The notes below the pieces were generated by a model that was not told the origin of the DNA, ran no database searches, and was given only the letters and a program-made list of their open reading frames with translations. A stretch of DNA of 62,660 bases, the filler included, from Choristocarpus tenellus KU-1152 (taxonomy: Eukaryota; Protista; Phaeophyceae), in assembly GCA_964200185.2 (NCBI GenBank). It is 11 parts of 11 records of this genome, joined end to end, with 100 filler letters (N's around TTAATTAATTAA, not from the genome) between each part and the next. Parts side by side here need not be neighbours in the genome. Positions count along the whole stretch, not along the records: positions 21,686 to 26,967 come from CAXNAD020011273.1; positions 27,068 to 30,192 come from CAXNAD020022142.1; positions 30,293 to 33,607 come from CAXNAD020020866.1; positions 33,708 to 44,263 come from CAXNAD020002858.1; 7 more parts are not named here. The stretch is one strand, 5' to 3'. Positions 24,210 to 36,700 of the stretch are shown here, in pieces. Position numbers and translations under genes: made by a program. Each line of letters starts with the position of its first letter. Within the stretch, counting starts at the first letter, position 1.

Positions 24210-26853
24210 GTGAGGCATGGGGGCTGGGGTGAGGTGGGGTAGAGCAGTTGGTTTGGGAGTAAATGTGATTTTTGAGCACCACCACTGCCACAACTCTAGT
24301 GAGACTTCAATGTGCAGGGGTTTGTGCAGAGGTCATGTTATAGTGTGAAAATTCTGCAGCTCAGGATGATAGATAGTTCCTACTGAATGTGTGCTGCTAT
24401 GTCCTTGCGCACCTCGGACAATGCAATGCTTGCACGACACAACTCAACCTATAACACAACTCAACACGTAACACAGGTCGTTGCTTAAGCCAGCACCTTT
24501 TCTAACAAGGTTATTCTGACAGCAGATGATGAAGCAATAGGGTTAGCATGGTCTTGGACACCGGAATTTATATATGAATTGTCTCGAGCAGTACAATACA
24601 TGTTAAAGGGAAAATGACCAAGGGGATTGTGCTGACGATTGTTGTCACAGAATAAATGACTTGGGAGTGTTGTCTTCATAGTGGATGTTGCATTGCGAAA
24701 GGGTCGGACTGGTGCCCTGGACAACCGATGACTGATACTCCACTAGTCCCAAGGTATAGAGTTAGAGGTTACGGCAAGGTGTGCCAATACACGAAGATTG
24801 ATTTATTGCTGCAATTAATAATACGAAAGACCACCTGGATCTGGATCACACCTGTGATACTGCTGCTTCTGACAAACATTTTTGAAAATTTTGTAGTGAA
24901 GCAGTTCAAATTGCGATTTGAGTGAACGGACGTTTGATTTTCGAAAGGTTCAAACATATTTTTGAAGAGCTGTCAGTTTCAAGATCAGACGGCTCGATTT
25001 TGGCGGGGCATTTGTTCCTCGAAACTTCCTGAAGTGCAATGTCAGAATAGTATCTGTGAGCATCTGCGTCCATACTCTTGATGTGATCATGCGTGCCATG
25101 AAATTGCAAGGTGCGAAGCATTGACCTACAACGGTCAATGCTTCGCACCTTGTGAATTGACTCCATGTGTTGTCCCTTACCATGGTTGCCGTGAAGGAAG
25201 TGACTCTGAGCGCTGGCTGACCTTGCAGTTGATGTCGCGGATCAGATGGTCTCTCAAGTATTGTCTTCAAAAGCGGTGGATATTTCTGGCTGACCACCTC
25301 CGATTGTTGTCCTGACAATGTATTATGCTATGGGTCGAGTTGGACCGGGTGTTCCAGGGGAACACCAGTATATGATCGTAAGCTTGTCCGAGCCATGATT
25401 ATATGTGGGAGTGCCTACTAATTTTCATGTACTTCCCGCTGGGAAGAACAAGTAGAATCTGTTCAGTTAGGATGCGGTGGTTGGTTTCAGTGTTTTCAGT
25501 TGGGTCAGCACTCTGTCAGATTGGAAAATGCGTAACAGGCTCACGTTCGAATTGCTTGCCCTGGCCCAGTTGTAAGGAAGCTTTGCTTGCTGGGTTACAC
25601 GGGGTCCCTTGCGGAGGGCCTGCTTGCTTGTTTCCTGACGTAAGCCTGGTTTGTCACTGATAGTACAAAAAACTCTTATCTGTGATCCAAACGTGCACCC
25701 TGATGAGGTCTCTTGGTCACGTCTTTCCGTAGTCCCAAAGGCGTGGGTGGGCTGTGTAGTAGGGATATACCAGTTGGACTCGCACATTATTTTTTCATGG
25801 GTGTGATTGTTTACACACATCAGTGCGTCAGCGTGTTGTCTGAGTTGTGAGGGGTTGCAATCGTGAGGTTGTTCCGATTTATTTCCTTCAACTTTTTTGT
25901 TTGTTTGTTCTTCGAGTGTATTTACTTCATGTTTGAGAGCGAAGTCTTGGCACACGTTCTCGCCAGCGTTGCTTGCTTGCCTGCGTCTCTGTGTCTTCAA
26001 ACAGTGTTTTTAAATTCCCTCCCACCAACTGGGAAGGCGTTTGTTAGAAGGAGTTCTTTTGATTGCGTTAGGCATACTGTGAATGCCTGCATGCCCGCAA
26101 GCGAGGGGATCGAGTATNNNNNNNNNNTGTTTTTTGGGGTTTTTATTATTGTTTTTTACTTCCCGCCAATGCCTGGGGGGGGGCTTGTGAGGGGATCGAG
26201 TATGTTCGTTTGGGTAATTTTTTTTTTTTAAAGAACACTGCGAGCGTAAATTCTCGGCGAGGTACGCGCCTTCCAGGATGCGTTGTGATCAAGTGCCTCT
26301 GGAGTAACTGATGTTGAGTTCATTATTTATTGATGCATGTATTCACAGGGGAGAGTATGTAGTGCGATGTTTGAACCGTTGCTGGATCTTGCGTGCATAG
26401 CGAGACGAGAGAGAGGATCGAAAATTCACAAGAATTGAATGTTGTGGTTGTGTGGTATCTGAGGTAGCACTGTTCTGTACATGCACGATGAATGCGTACA
26501 AACGAGGACGAAGACACTTTTACCGAAGGCAAGAGATACACTTTTTTTTTTCTCAGACTCAACCCCCCCCTTATTCCCCCCCCCCCCCGCCGCTTCTGTT
26601 GATTCCACAGCATCTCTTCCAAATATATCGTGTTGCTTATGCTTTCATCCGTTTGTGGATTGGTGACGAAGGATAACCTTGTTGGCGTGTGTTGTCCGAG
26701 AGGAAGTCACATAGGTTCAAATCAATCAATCGTACCTTGTCAACACTCAACGGGATGGTTCGATTGTGCTGGCTCTTTTCCTTTTATTGCACTAATGTCC
26801 CAAACGGTGTAGCCGTCGTCAGAGGCAATGGTGTTCTCCGCTCATCAGTAGGA

Positions 26854-26907
<54 letters not shown>

Positions 26908-26914
26908 GTTTTTG

Positions 26915-26967
<53 letters not shown>

Positions 26968-27067
26968 NNNNNNNNNNNNNNNNNNNNNNNNNNNNNNNNN
27001 NNNNNNNNNNNTTAATTAATTAANNNNNNNNNNNNNNNNNNNNNNNNNNNNNNNNNNNNNNNNNNNN

Positions 27068-27249
27068 CTTCCCATGTTTTGTTTTATGACATTTTTCTAC
27101 TCCAAAATGCTTCCGAGTAGGTAAAATGTATACAATATAAAAAGATGTGTCCAGAACATGGATGTTGACACTTAACAAACACGATAGCCAAAATTACATC
27201 AAAATCGCAACATTGGATTTTGACCCCCAAATGGACGCAGCCCTACCCT
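27068..27249. mobile_element. MITE family 2, partial copy
   Basis: Ends with cccccaaatggacgcagccctaccct (reverse complement of the 21520 terminus). Its first 70 bp resemble 29130-29200 (ttttatgacattt..ctactcc.aaatg.tt..gagtaggtaaaatgtat). Confidence 0.7.
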
Positions 27250-27731
27250 CTAAGATACTTTGGCTCATGGTTCATATCAAATGGAAGCCCGATACAAGCA
27301 GCTGTGTGGGTTGTTTATTAGGGGACAGCAGGTAAGACTTACGAGGCAGAAGGCAGAAGGCAGAAGGCAAGATTACACATCACTTGGTTGTGGTCATCCA
27401 CAATGTTTCTATGATATCATTTACAAAACTTGAAGCTTTCTGACACCTTCCCTTTTCACTGTCCCTCCACGTTTTGTCAGAACCCTAGTAGTAGTATGTG
27501 TGTTGACTCTGGCGATGCGAGCATCTAAATGGAGATACTGTTCGTAGATAGTGGTACTGATACACTATAGACACCACCAGTGGATTAGGTAATAGGATGG
27601 AGAGCCAGTGACAGATATATCATATGCACTGACTCATAGTGTCCATTGATTTTTGTGTCATTTTTTTCAAGATATACTTTGTATACTTTAGATAAGTAAA
27701 TAAGTGATTCATAGTAAATTAGTGTGGAAGA

Positions 27732-28169
27732 TTGCAAACCCCACACTATAGGAATAGTAATGGTAGTCTAGGCATGTCTCACCCCCCACCAGTTCAGTCA
27801 ATAGAATTGAGACAAGCCCCTTGTAGCATCAATATTGTGTATCTATATCAAGTTATGCGTTGTCCTCTATCAAGGCACACAGTTGCGGGTCCAGTGTGGA
27901 ATTATTTCAACATATACTGCTTACGAGCGGTTGTAAATCAGACCAACACCACCATCGGTGGTACACTCTATAGGCACTACTATAGAGACGTGTGTCATGC
28001 GTCAGGATCCATACCGCCACGACTAGGGGGGGCGAAGCCTGTGTATAAGGGTTTTGATAATGACGGGAACTTCTCGCTCAAGTTACAAGCTGATGTCTTG
28101 AGGGAAGAAAGCAGCACAAGCTACCTGTTATTTTATACCCTCATGCGGGTTCCACACAAAGAACACTAA
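27732..28169 (+). pseudogene. Ubiquitin-specific protease (peptidase C19)-like C-terminal fragment
   Basis: YCLRAVVNQ...RHYY...KGFDND...ADVL...SYLLFY follows the USP His-box order YxLxAVVxH...GHY...WxxFDD...V...AYLLFY. No Cys box recognised. Confidence 0.55.
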
Positions 28170-30905
28170 CTGGGTGGGCAGCTAAACCCCAAGGTGAAGG
28201 TTGTCATCTCGGGCTGAAGTGGCACAGAAGGTGTTGTTTGCTCCGTTTTGTTGGGGGGTCTCTATAACAGAGTGTGCAAATGCTTCATCGATGGCTCCTA
28301 TGACACTGAATATCCACTTCTTGGGGCATGGGTGCATAGATTTCCTTGCTATCAATCTTTACCATCAATGCATATAATTCATCTGCTGCCGCGAATGTGA
28401 AAATCTGTTCATTCATGATAGTGTGTTGACTATGGAAATATTGCAATGTGCTCTGGTGTGGTGCAGAGGGCTCTTTGTCACTACTCCTTTTGTTGCTGTT
28501 GTTCTTCTTTGCATACATATGTGTGTACATGCTCGTGCAATGGTCGATGTGATGTACTGAGTGGGCTTGTGTGTGTGTGAACGAATTTGTATGTTGCACA
28601 TTGACCATATTGTCCCTGTATGTGGTAGTAAATCTGTACCACTGTTGAGGTTGGGTACGGCTCAAGCTAGATTCGTACCAGCTTTGGGACTGATACTTTT
28701 GAAGAGTTTGGTCCTGCCAGTTCTTAACCTTGAGCGGGTCTAGTGGTTGTTCCAATATGTTACTGAAGAATGGCTCAATTTCATTGCATACGTACAGTGG
28801 AGTACAGAGGAAAGTCTTTCTGTCTTGTTTGTGGCTGAATTCTATTTCAGGGAGGAATCAATATGATCCACCGCCACAGTGTTCATTCTGTTCAGCAGGT
28901 AGTAGGCGTCTCCTTCACCTTGTTCTATCGATAATAGGAGAGAGCACATCATCCCACATACTCAGTAATACCTATTATATAAGAGTGATGTTTTGGGGGC
29001 TGTCAATGCAAGCTGACAGAGGGGGTATCTGAAGCGCTCCTTACAATACCATCCTGTAATATGTATATATGTGAGTGAAAGTATCTTAGAGGATACGAGT
29101 TTTGCCCTGTTTGTCCGTTTGGGGCTTGGCTCCCCATATGTCTTTTATGACATTTTACCTACTCCGAAATGTTTCAGAGTAGGTAAAATGTATGTACGTT
29201 ATGAAAAGGTGTATGTATGTGGTGTTGTATGGAATGACAATGCATGCATTTGCACAAACCCTAGTCTCTCTCGCACTATATATAAATATAAATTAATTGC
29301 AACTACAGACAGGAAGGATCGTTCGTAGCAAAGCACTGTATAATATTGCCATTTATATTTTTATATATGGCTCCCTACTTTGAAGACCCTTTTATTTGGC
29401 AGTCAACCAACAATACAGATTACTACATGCATAGTGAAACATACAACAGCGACTCAAGGATAACGATGTATAGCAATAACAGGAAATAATGAAAAGTGAA
29501 ATAATGGAAGTATAATGATAAGAATAATATTGAGCCAAACCAATTGAGAGGTAAGCAAATTTGAACCCTTTTGCATTCCGATCCATCTTTCTTACCTCGT
29601 GCAATACGTTCTATTTCATTACTTTATGTGCACAATAGTCTACGCCACATAGATATTCCCCTTTTTTTACACACACAAAGTGACACCATAAATCAGCAAA
29701 GACTCTTTCTGTGATTGTGGCAAAATGACGTCTTTTTGCCCTTTCTTGAGATCCTTAAACTGCAACCTTGCCTCTGAGTTGGTTTCAAAATAATAACTAA
29801 CAAAATTGTAATAATAGTAAACATAATAATACTTACGATAATATAGTAAATAATAATAATTATCTATCAGAAATAATAGCAATGATAATACTACTACTAC
29901 TACTAATTATTCTCCTACACACTCCCTGGATCTGGGCTGTGCCTCGGCTCTATACCTCCACACCAAACCCCTACATCCCATCCCGTGCCCCACCTGTCGT
30001 ACCCCTGCCAGCCCCGAACACTACTACGTCATCACAGAGGGGAGTGTGGGAACCGAAGCTGTGCTGGAATCCATTTGCTCACAATCGCCCTCCACCCCTT
30101 TATCCATCCCACAATTCCGCCTACTCTCCATCCCACGCCTCCACACCCCAACCCCTCCCCCTTCTTTCCCTCCCTGCCCGGGCTGTCTAAAGNNNNNNNN
30201 NNNNNNNNNNNNNNNNNNNNNNNNNNNNNNNNNNNNTTAATTAATTAANNNNNNNNNNNNNNNNNNNNNNNNNNNNNNNNNNNNNNNNNNNNGGGGGGGG
30301 GTGGGGGAGGGGGCATGGGAATGTCATGTCATGTCATGTCATGTCATGTCATGCATTTTTAGTACACGTTTTTGTGGTCTGATACTTCTTAGCTTTCCTA
30401 TCTCCACAGCGAGCAACAAGCTGAGTTGATCCGGGCGTGTGCTCTCATCTGTGTTGTTTCTAACCTCCAGCATATGGCACGCTAACTATGTCTCTCCTGG
30501 GAGCGGTCACAAGAGGCCACCCAACAACAATGCTCGGTGGATAGAACATTGACGACTTAGAATCTAAGATTCTCTCTCTCTCTCTCTCTCTCTCAACCTG
30601 GGGCACAGACAGGGGTTGACACTTCTGCACAGACCCCGAATGCAGCATCGTGATTTGAACGCCTCGAGAGATATTTGAATATTGTTCTGTGCGTTTAAAA
30701 AGGCTCAAAGGTTTACAAAAACGTCCTCAATTACTAATATTCTCCATTTGCCTTGCTTATCCCAACTCTCTGCTACTTTACTACTTTACTAACCCCCCCA
30801 CCCCCCATCCCCCTTCCCCAAATCTCCTTTTGCTCCGAATTTTTCATCCCTCGCAGTCTCTCATATTCCTTGTGCACCAATGTTTCAGGTTGTGATTTAG
30901 TCAAT

Positions 30906-31109
30906 GACCCAAAGTATCTGTCTGAGGGGGGGGAGGGGGGGTGTAGACCAGGGTGTCCATTTGGGCCATAGCCAGGAAAAGTGTATTTATACATTATCCA
31001 TCCGGTGAATGCAACCTAATCACCCAAAAATTGTGACATGAAAAATTGGCCCCGAATGGACAGCCACCACACACACACACATTAGTTGTAGACACAGATA
31101 CTTTGAGTC
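30906..31109. mobile_element. Complete 204-bp MITE (family 1, Tourist/PIF-Harbinger-like)
   Basis: TIRs GACCCAAAGTATCTGT and ACAGATACTTTGAGTC (1 mismatch). Subterminal inverted pair gggtgtccatttgggcca / tggccccgaatggacagcc. 3-bp duplication AAT at 30903-30905 and 31110-31112. Confidence 0.85.
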
Positions 31110-31907
31110 AATGGTTCGGTTATCACCTACGTATGAAATGTAACAGTAGGTAGTGTATGTCAAATCATTCGGACCACTTGTGGCATGCCGAGGTATCACT
31201 CCGGAGTACCTACTTCCATGTGGGGTATCACTCCGGAAAACCTACTTCCATCTGGGGGATACCCTTTTTATACTTCTGTTTTTTTTTTGCATTTTTTTAT
31301 TGAGGAATTTTCTGGATGTATTTGTTGGTCAGACAGACCCAGTAAGAAAAGAGGCCCCACTTTTTTTTAACGCACTGACACGCCTTCGATGATTCTTGCT
31401 GTCTCTTTGCTCCACCAGAGCCGACCTGACCTTCTTTCTTGCCTGTGCCCTGCTCTCCTTGAACAAAACGCCTGATGGTCGCACTGTTTCATCCACTCTT
31501 TTTTGCCTGACAAGTAGCCTGTCGCCCGATGGTGTGGGTACTGTCTGGCCATTGCATCGTGTGATTATGTTGGATCGATGCTGAGGGATGTTGAGGACAG
31601 TGTGTTCTTTGTGGGGTTACAGGAGGCTGCACTTAAAGGAGGGGTACGTGTGCGTATTTTCTCTTTTACAATGGGGGGCAGGGCAGGGCAGGGCAGGGCA
31701 GGGGAGAAAGAGCCTAGTAGAGGGTTGCTCCTGTCGTTTGTTGATTTATCGCTGAGAACAGGGATGAAGGAGTTAGTTGCCAGTGAACTTTCTTGTGGGG
31801 GGGGGGAGGGGGGGCGGGGCTTGAGGCGGTGAGATGAAGAGGACTTGACAGTTTGTGATGCTCAAGTTGAGGATTGATTTATGGTTTTGTAAGTTGTTTT
31901 TGGCGGC

Positions 31908-31938
<31 letters not shown>

Positions 31939-32875
31939 GCATTCCATTGAACTGAATTGAACCATCTTCAAGTTGTGAATGTGTCCAAGGGGCATTGGTG
32001 TGTCATTTCCATGAGCAAAGCCAAGGTTGCTCTCAGCTCATGTCGGGGAAGGGGACTCTGTTCCGCGATGTTGGTGTCATGTGGGGGATGGCACATCTAA
32101 TGCTACCCCCAGCACTGGCATTGAAGAAATAAGGTATCTGATTGGAGGAGAGCATCCCACATGTGCTGAGGGGGAACATCTGCAAGAGCGGTTTATCGAC
32201 TTATCAATATGAGAACATCTGCGCGTACAGCTAAGGGGCTTGGCTGTGCTATCTTTGTTGTGTCTTTGTGGAACCAAGATAGAATGATAATTGAATATAT
32301 TAACGGCTTGAAGCCGTGTGCTACATAGGTGCCATTGTGATTCAGTTAAGGGACGGACACGAAAACATCAGTAGGTGCAACAACCAATAGGTTGTGCTAT
32401 GGTGAAAATATGTTGTTGACCCTGTCTGTGTGTTTGGGACTGATAGAGACTGTAGAGGACAAGTTTTGACAAGTTTTTACTCCCAAGGGCCGTTTTTGTT
32501 TTTGTGTGTGGATTCTAAGTGGTTCAGGTAGGGGCTTGGGTTTGCAGTGTTAGTTGGACCGCGTTTGAGGGGAGGGGAAGAATGTGTGACAGGTCTTTGA
32601 TTTGGCCATGCAATTGATAAGTGGCAGGACGTAAGAGACAGTAGAAACGTTAAATTCTTGTGTAGCAAAAATAGATACGGTGTGTTTTGCTTCTTCCAGA
32701 GAACGACTCCGCTAGAACTACTACGTACAGTCACCCTTTTGATTGCCGTATTAAGTCTCTGTGCTTTTACAATGAACAAGTACTTGAAAATGTTCATCTC
32801 CTGTCACCCCCGCCTCCCTTGCGCTTCACGCAACCCCTCTTCTTGGTCATTCCCACCCCTGGCATAAACACCAAT

Positions 32876-32925
<50 letters not shown>

Positions 32926-33166
32926 GCAAGCGCATCATCAACCCTCTCTTCCTTTGCAACCATGGGTATGGCAGTTGGGGCCGCAGTGGGAGGAGTATCC
33001 CAGGCAGTATCTGTTGTTGCATCCTCGGCTGAAACAGGTAGGTGCCCCTCTCAGCAGATCGTCGTGTTCACTCATCCTCTGAATGCAGGGAATGCACAGG
33101 GGATGATAAGTAGAAGCGCTCTCATCTAGGACAAAAATAGGGTGGTGGTGGTGGTGGTGGTGGTGG

Positions 33167-33201
<35 letters not shown>

Positions 33202-33567
33202 GTGGTATCCTACAGTGTTGATTGGTGTTGGGTTTGTTTGATCCTTCCTCCCTGGTGCTCTCCCCCCATACCACCACCAACCACCCTGTGTAATCAGGAG
33301 TCAATCCCCGAACGAGTTCACTGGGGTGCCCTTGCTTCCCCTACTCTCAACTCCTGCAACCTCTACAGCAACTTTCATTCCAATCCCTCTTCTCCTCTTC
33401 TGCAGCTTCCGCAGGAGTTGCTCGGGTGGTAGGTGCGCAGGGGACTACCATTATCGGCCCCACCCACGCAATTTCTGCTGCACTAACCAACCTCAAGGGA
33501 GCTGCCCGACTCGTGGCCAGGTCAGCGGGCTCTGGCACCGTCGCCAGGGAGGTGGAAGGCACCTTGA
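32926..33567 (+). CDS. Two phase-compatible exons (32926-33037, 33406-33567) of an unknown Ala/Gly/Ser-rich protein
   Basis: (CT)n tract + cag acceptor; ASASSTLSSFATMGMAVGAAVGGVSQAVSVVASSAET g|gtaggt...cag|ct SAGVARVVGAQGTTIIGPTHAISAALTNLKG...|gtgagg. Confidence 0.65.
33141..33200. repeat. Compound (GGT)n(GCT)n microsatellite in an intron
   Basis: Direct reading. Confidence 0.9.
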
Positions 33568-33707
33568 GTGAGGGACAGGACCGGGGGGGGGGGGGGGGAG
33601 AGGAAAANNNNNNNNNNNNNNNNNNNNNNNNNNNNNNNNNNNNNNNNNNNNTTAATTAATTAANNNNNNNNNNNNNNNNNNNNNNNNNNNNNNNNNNNNN
33701 NNNNNNN

Positions 33708-36700
33708 CATGTGGAGGCATACTGCAACTTGATGTACTTGCCTGCACATTGAGAAGGGAGGGGAGGGGAGGGGGGGGGAGGACATACGGGGCCAAATGAG
33801 AGGGGATGACAAATGACAGAAGCTACGCTCAGGTTTGAACCTTACCTACAATCAATGACGGACATGGAGTGATTCCTACTACATATTACATTCCTACTAC
33901 ATATTACCTTCCTACTACATATTACCTTCCTACTACATATTACATTCCTACTACATATTACATTCCTACTACATATTACCTTCCTACTACATATTACATT
34001 CCTACTACATATTACATTCCTACTACATATTACATAATCTATATTACAGTCACTGGAACATAATCTATATAGTCACTCTGCCACTAATATATAATCACTA
34101 CAAACAACACCTGGATCATCACAAAAAATAAATTAATTCAACTGACGGAGGTAACATGGGAATCTAAATAAATGCACACTGACAGTTCACTCTTCAGATC
34201 AGCAACAGCAAGCACAACAGGGGAGGGTTGGGGGGGATGGAAGGCCTTGTTGGCATGGTGTACACTCACAAAGTGTGATCCGACAAAAAATACTAGTCAC
34301 AGAAAAGGTGTAACTGTCAGGGGTAGTTGCTGTACGAGTATACAATCAAGTGTAGGTGTGGTGCATGACATACATTCCACACATCCCTCATCTCACTACT
34401 AAAGGTGCATCCTAAAGGTATACCCCAATGGGTACACAGGGCACACCACGAATAATAAAAACACAATCCCACTCCCAATGCAGCTACCCTTCAGAGAACT
34501 AATTCCCCATCCAATACACCTGTTTTCTACAAACTCCCACCATACTTGGCTTAGTTTAATTCAACCAATCCCACACCCAGCAGCCGCACTGCTCTATGCT
34601 AAATAGGACTATCACCAACCCCCATACTTCAAGCGAAAGGGAAAGTTTATGAAGTAATCTGAGTTTTGTGGGTGGAAGAATTCTGGTTGGTTGGGGGCAC
34701 AGGGCAAGGAAGGGGACAAGAAATAAAATAAGAATCAACAAAGAAGGTACGAAGAGTTAAGGAGTGAGTGGGAGGTTAAAGAAACGAGTGGTAGGTTAAA
34801 GAAACAAATGGCAGGCAGAGGCAAGAGGAAAGAGGGGATGGTCAGTATTGAATTGAAGAGGAAATCTGAGGCTGGGGTAACGAGGAGAGGGGTGCTAGAT
34901 CAAGAGGACCCCCGAGCAAGCTTTCCCGCCCACCCGCCCTGTCGCTTGATCACGACCGACTTGGATCTTAGGGTGGGGATGATTGGGGAGTGGTGTTGAG
35001 TGGGGTTGAATAGGGTTGAAAGGGGTGGTAGAGACCAAGAATCAGTGGTGAAGGGGTCACACTGGCTGGTCATCGGATGGGGGGGGGATGAGAAATCAGT
35101 GGCGAAAGGGGTTTGCCCTGGTTGGTCATCAGATATGAGGGTGACTGGAAATCAGTGGCAAAAGGGGTTTGCCCTGGTTGGTCATCAGAGGTGCAGTGGC
35201 TGGAAATCAGGGGCGAAGAGGTCGCACTGGTTGGTCACAAGGGTTGTTAGAATAGGGAGAGAAGAGGATTAGGGAGGAATGCAAAAATAGAAATAAAATA
35301 ATAATAATAATAATAATCCAGAATTCGTGAGCAAAATAAAACACTCCATTCGTGCTCCTGTGAACTAAGTACTCACTTTCTACGTCTATACATAATTGAA
35401 AACCCTCATAGAATCACAATTTGGAATGGCATGAATTATATTTGTTAGTATTTAACTCCTGCCTTGAGCAGTGGTGTTCAACCGCTACTAACCCTAATCC
35501 TTACAGCTATAATCCTAACCCTACATACTATTAACACTACAAATATCCAGGTACCTGTGATGGGACTGGGCCGTAATGACTTGGTACTAACATTCAATAT
35601 CAGAACTAGAATAGGAATTTACAGGTTAAAAACAGGGGTTGTGATCGAGCCCATTAAAGAAAGTTGTCTATAGAGCCGGTCCAAGGCATTTACTTAAGCC
35701 TCTACAGGACTGGACTGCAGGCCATGTCAACCAAAAAAATATTTCAAAAAGGGCTAGGCTGCTTCTGAGGTTGTCAGAATAATCTGGTTGGTTTGCAGGA
35801 AATCACTTATTCTGTGAACATCAAGTTTCAAACCAGATGTGTTCAATATAGATATTTTTATACACAAGGGTATGAAATATAGATCAAAATGACAGCAGTA
35901 TTACTTATTTTAATAAAAATTTATCATTATTATCATAATAATCACAGTGGTCAAACGTATTTACTGATAGGGCTGACCCAGGGTAGAACATCTTTTAGAA
36001 AGGACGGGCAAGGGTGTTCAGAAATGTAACAGGGCTGGGACAGGTCAGTCGAGTTAACTACTTTTCTGTTTTAAAACCTGCAAAGAGCAGAAATAAGATG
36101 GTCAGATTGACATTTACTTCATGAATGCAGGGAAGAGGGGCACACTAGCGAAAAGTGCTGTCTGCCACAACAATCCAAACCTATCACCAACATACAACCA
36201 CACAGACTTTTCACATACACACACACACACACATATATATACGATATATAAACGATACCATCACTTATTTTAACTTTCAAATCAAAATCGTACACAACAA
36301 TCTTCACTTCAGGCACCATAATAATCCTCTTACAAATTCCAACAATCCCAACAGACACACCCACCATACCCATCACGCGAACGAACACCATCATCGCAAC
36401 CTTAACCCTAACCCAAGTAAGTCTATTATCTTAGCCCATACCCTAACCCTTACCCCCCAAAAGGACCGACTGACTCCCTCACCAAATCTCGAAGAGTTAT
36501 CGTTCCTCACAGTCTTTGCATTGCCAAACGCCTCCAAGATCACAGTAGACTCTAAAAGACACTGCTCCATGTCACCCTCCCTCCCAACGCCTCCCTCGCG
36601 CCAGAATCCCCCCTTCCCACCCGCAGGAGTGACTGTTCCCTCATTGTCAGCGTAGTCCACTGCCTGGGAAGCAGCAATGAGATACTTCATCACATACCTC

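Noticed and set aside
26860-26967. Poly-G/poly-T tract as a poly(A) tail or G-quadruplex element
   Set aside because: It lies at a contig end, where long homopolymers are commonly sequencing or assembly artefacts.
28285-29030. Crypton or tyrosine recombinase remnant
   Set aside because: Only a vague resemblance; no R-H-R-Y catalytic motifs could be identified.
33869-34063. (IPTTYY)n repeat protein
   Set aside because: An 18-bp minisatellite inside a myosin intron, on the opposite strand.
35040-35237. CRISPR-like repeat-spacer array
   Set aside because: The linkers are short (~18 bp) and mutually similar, the repeats are degenerate and the array lies in an intron.
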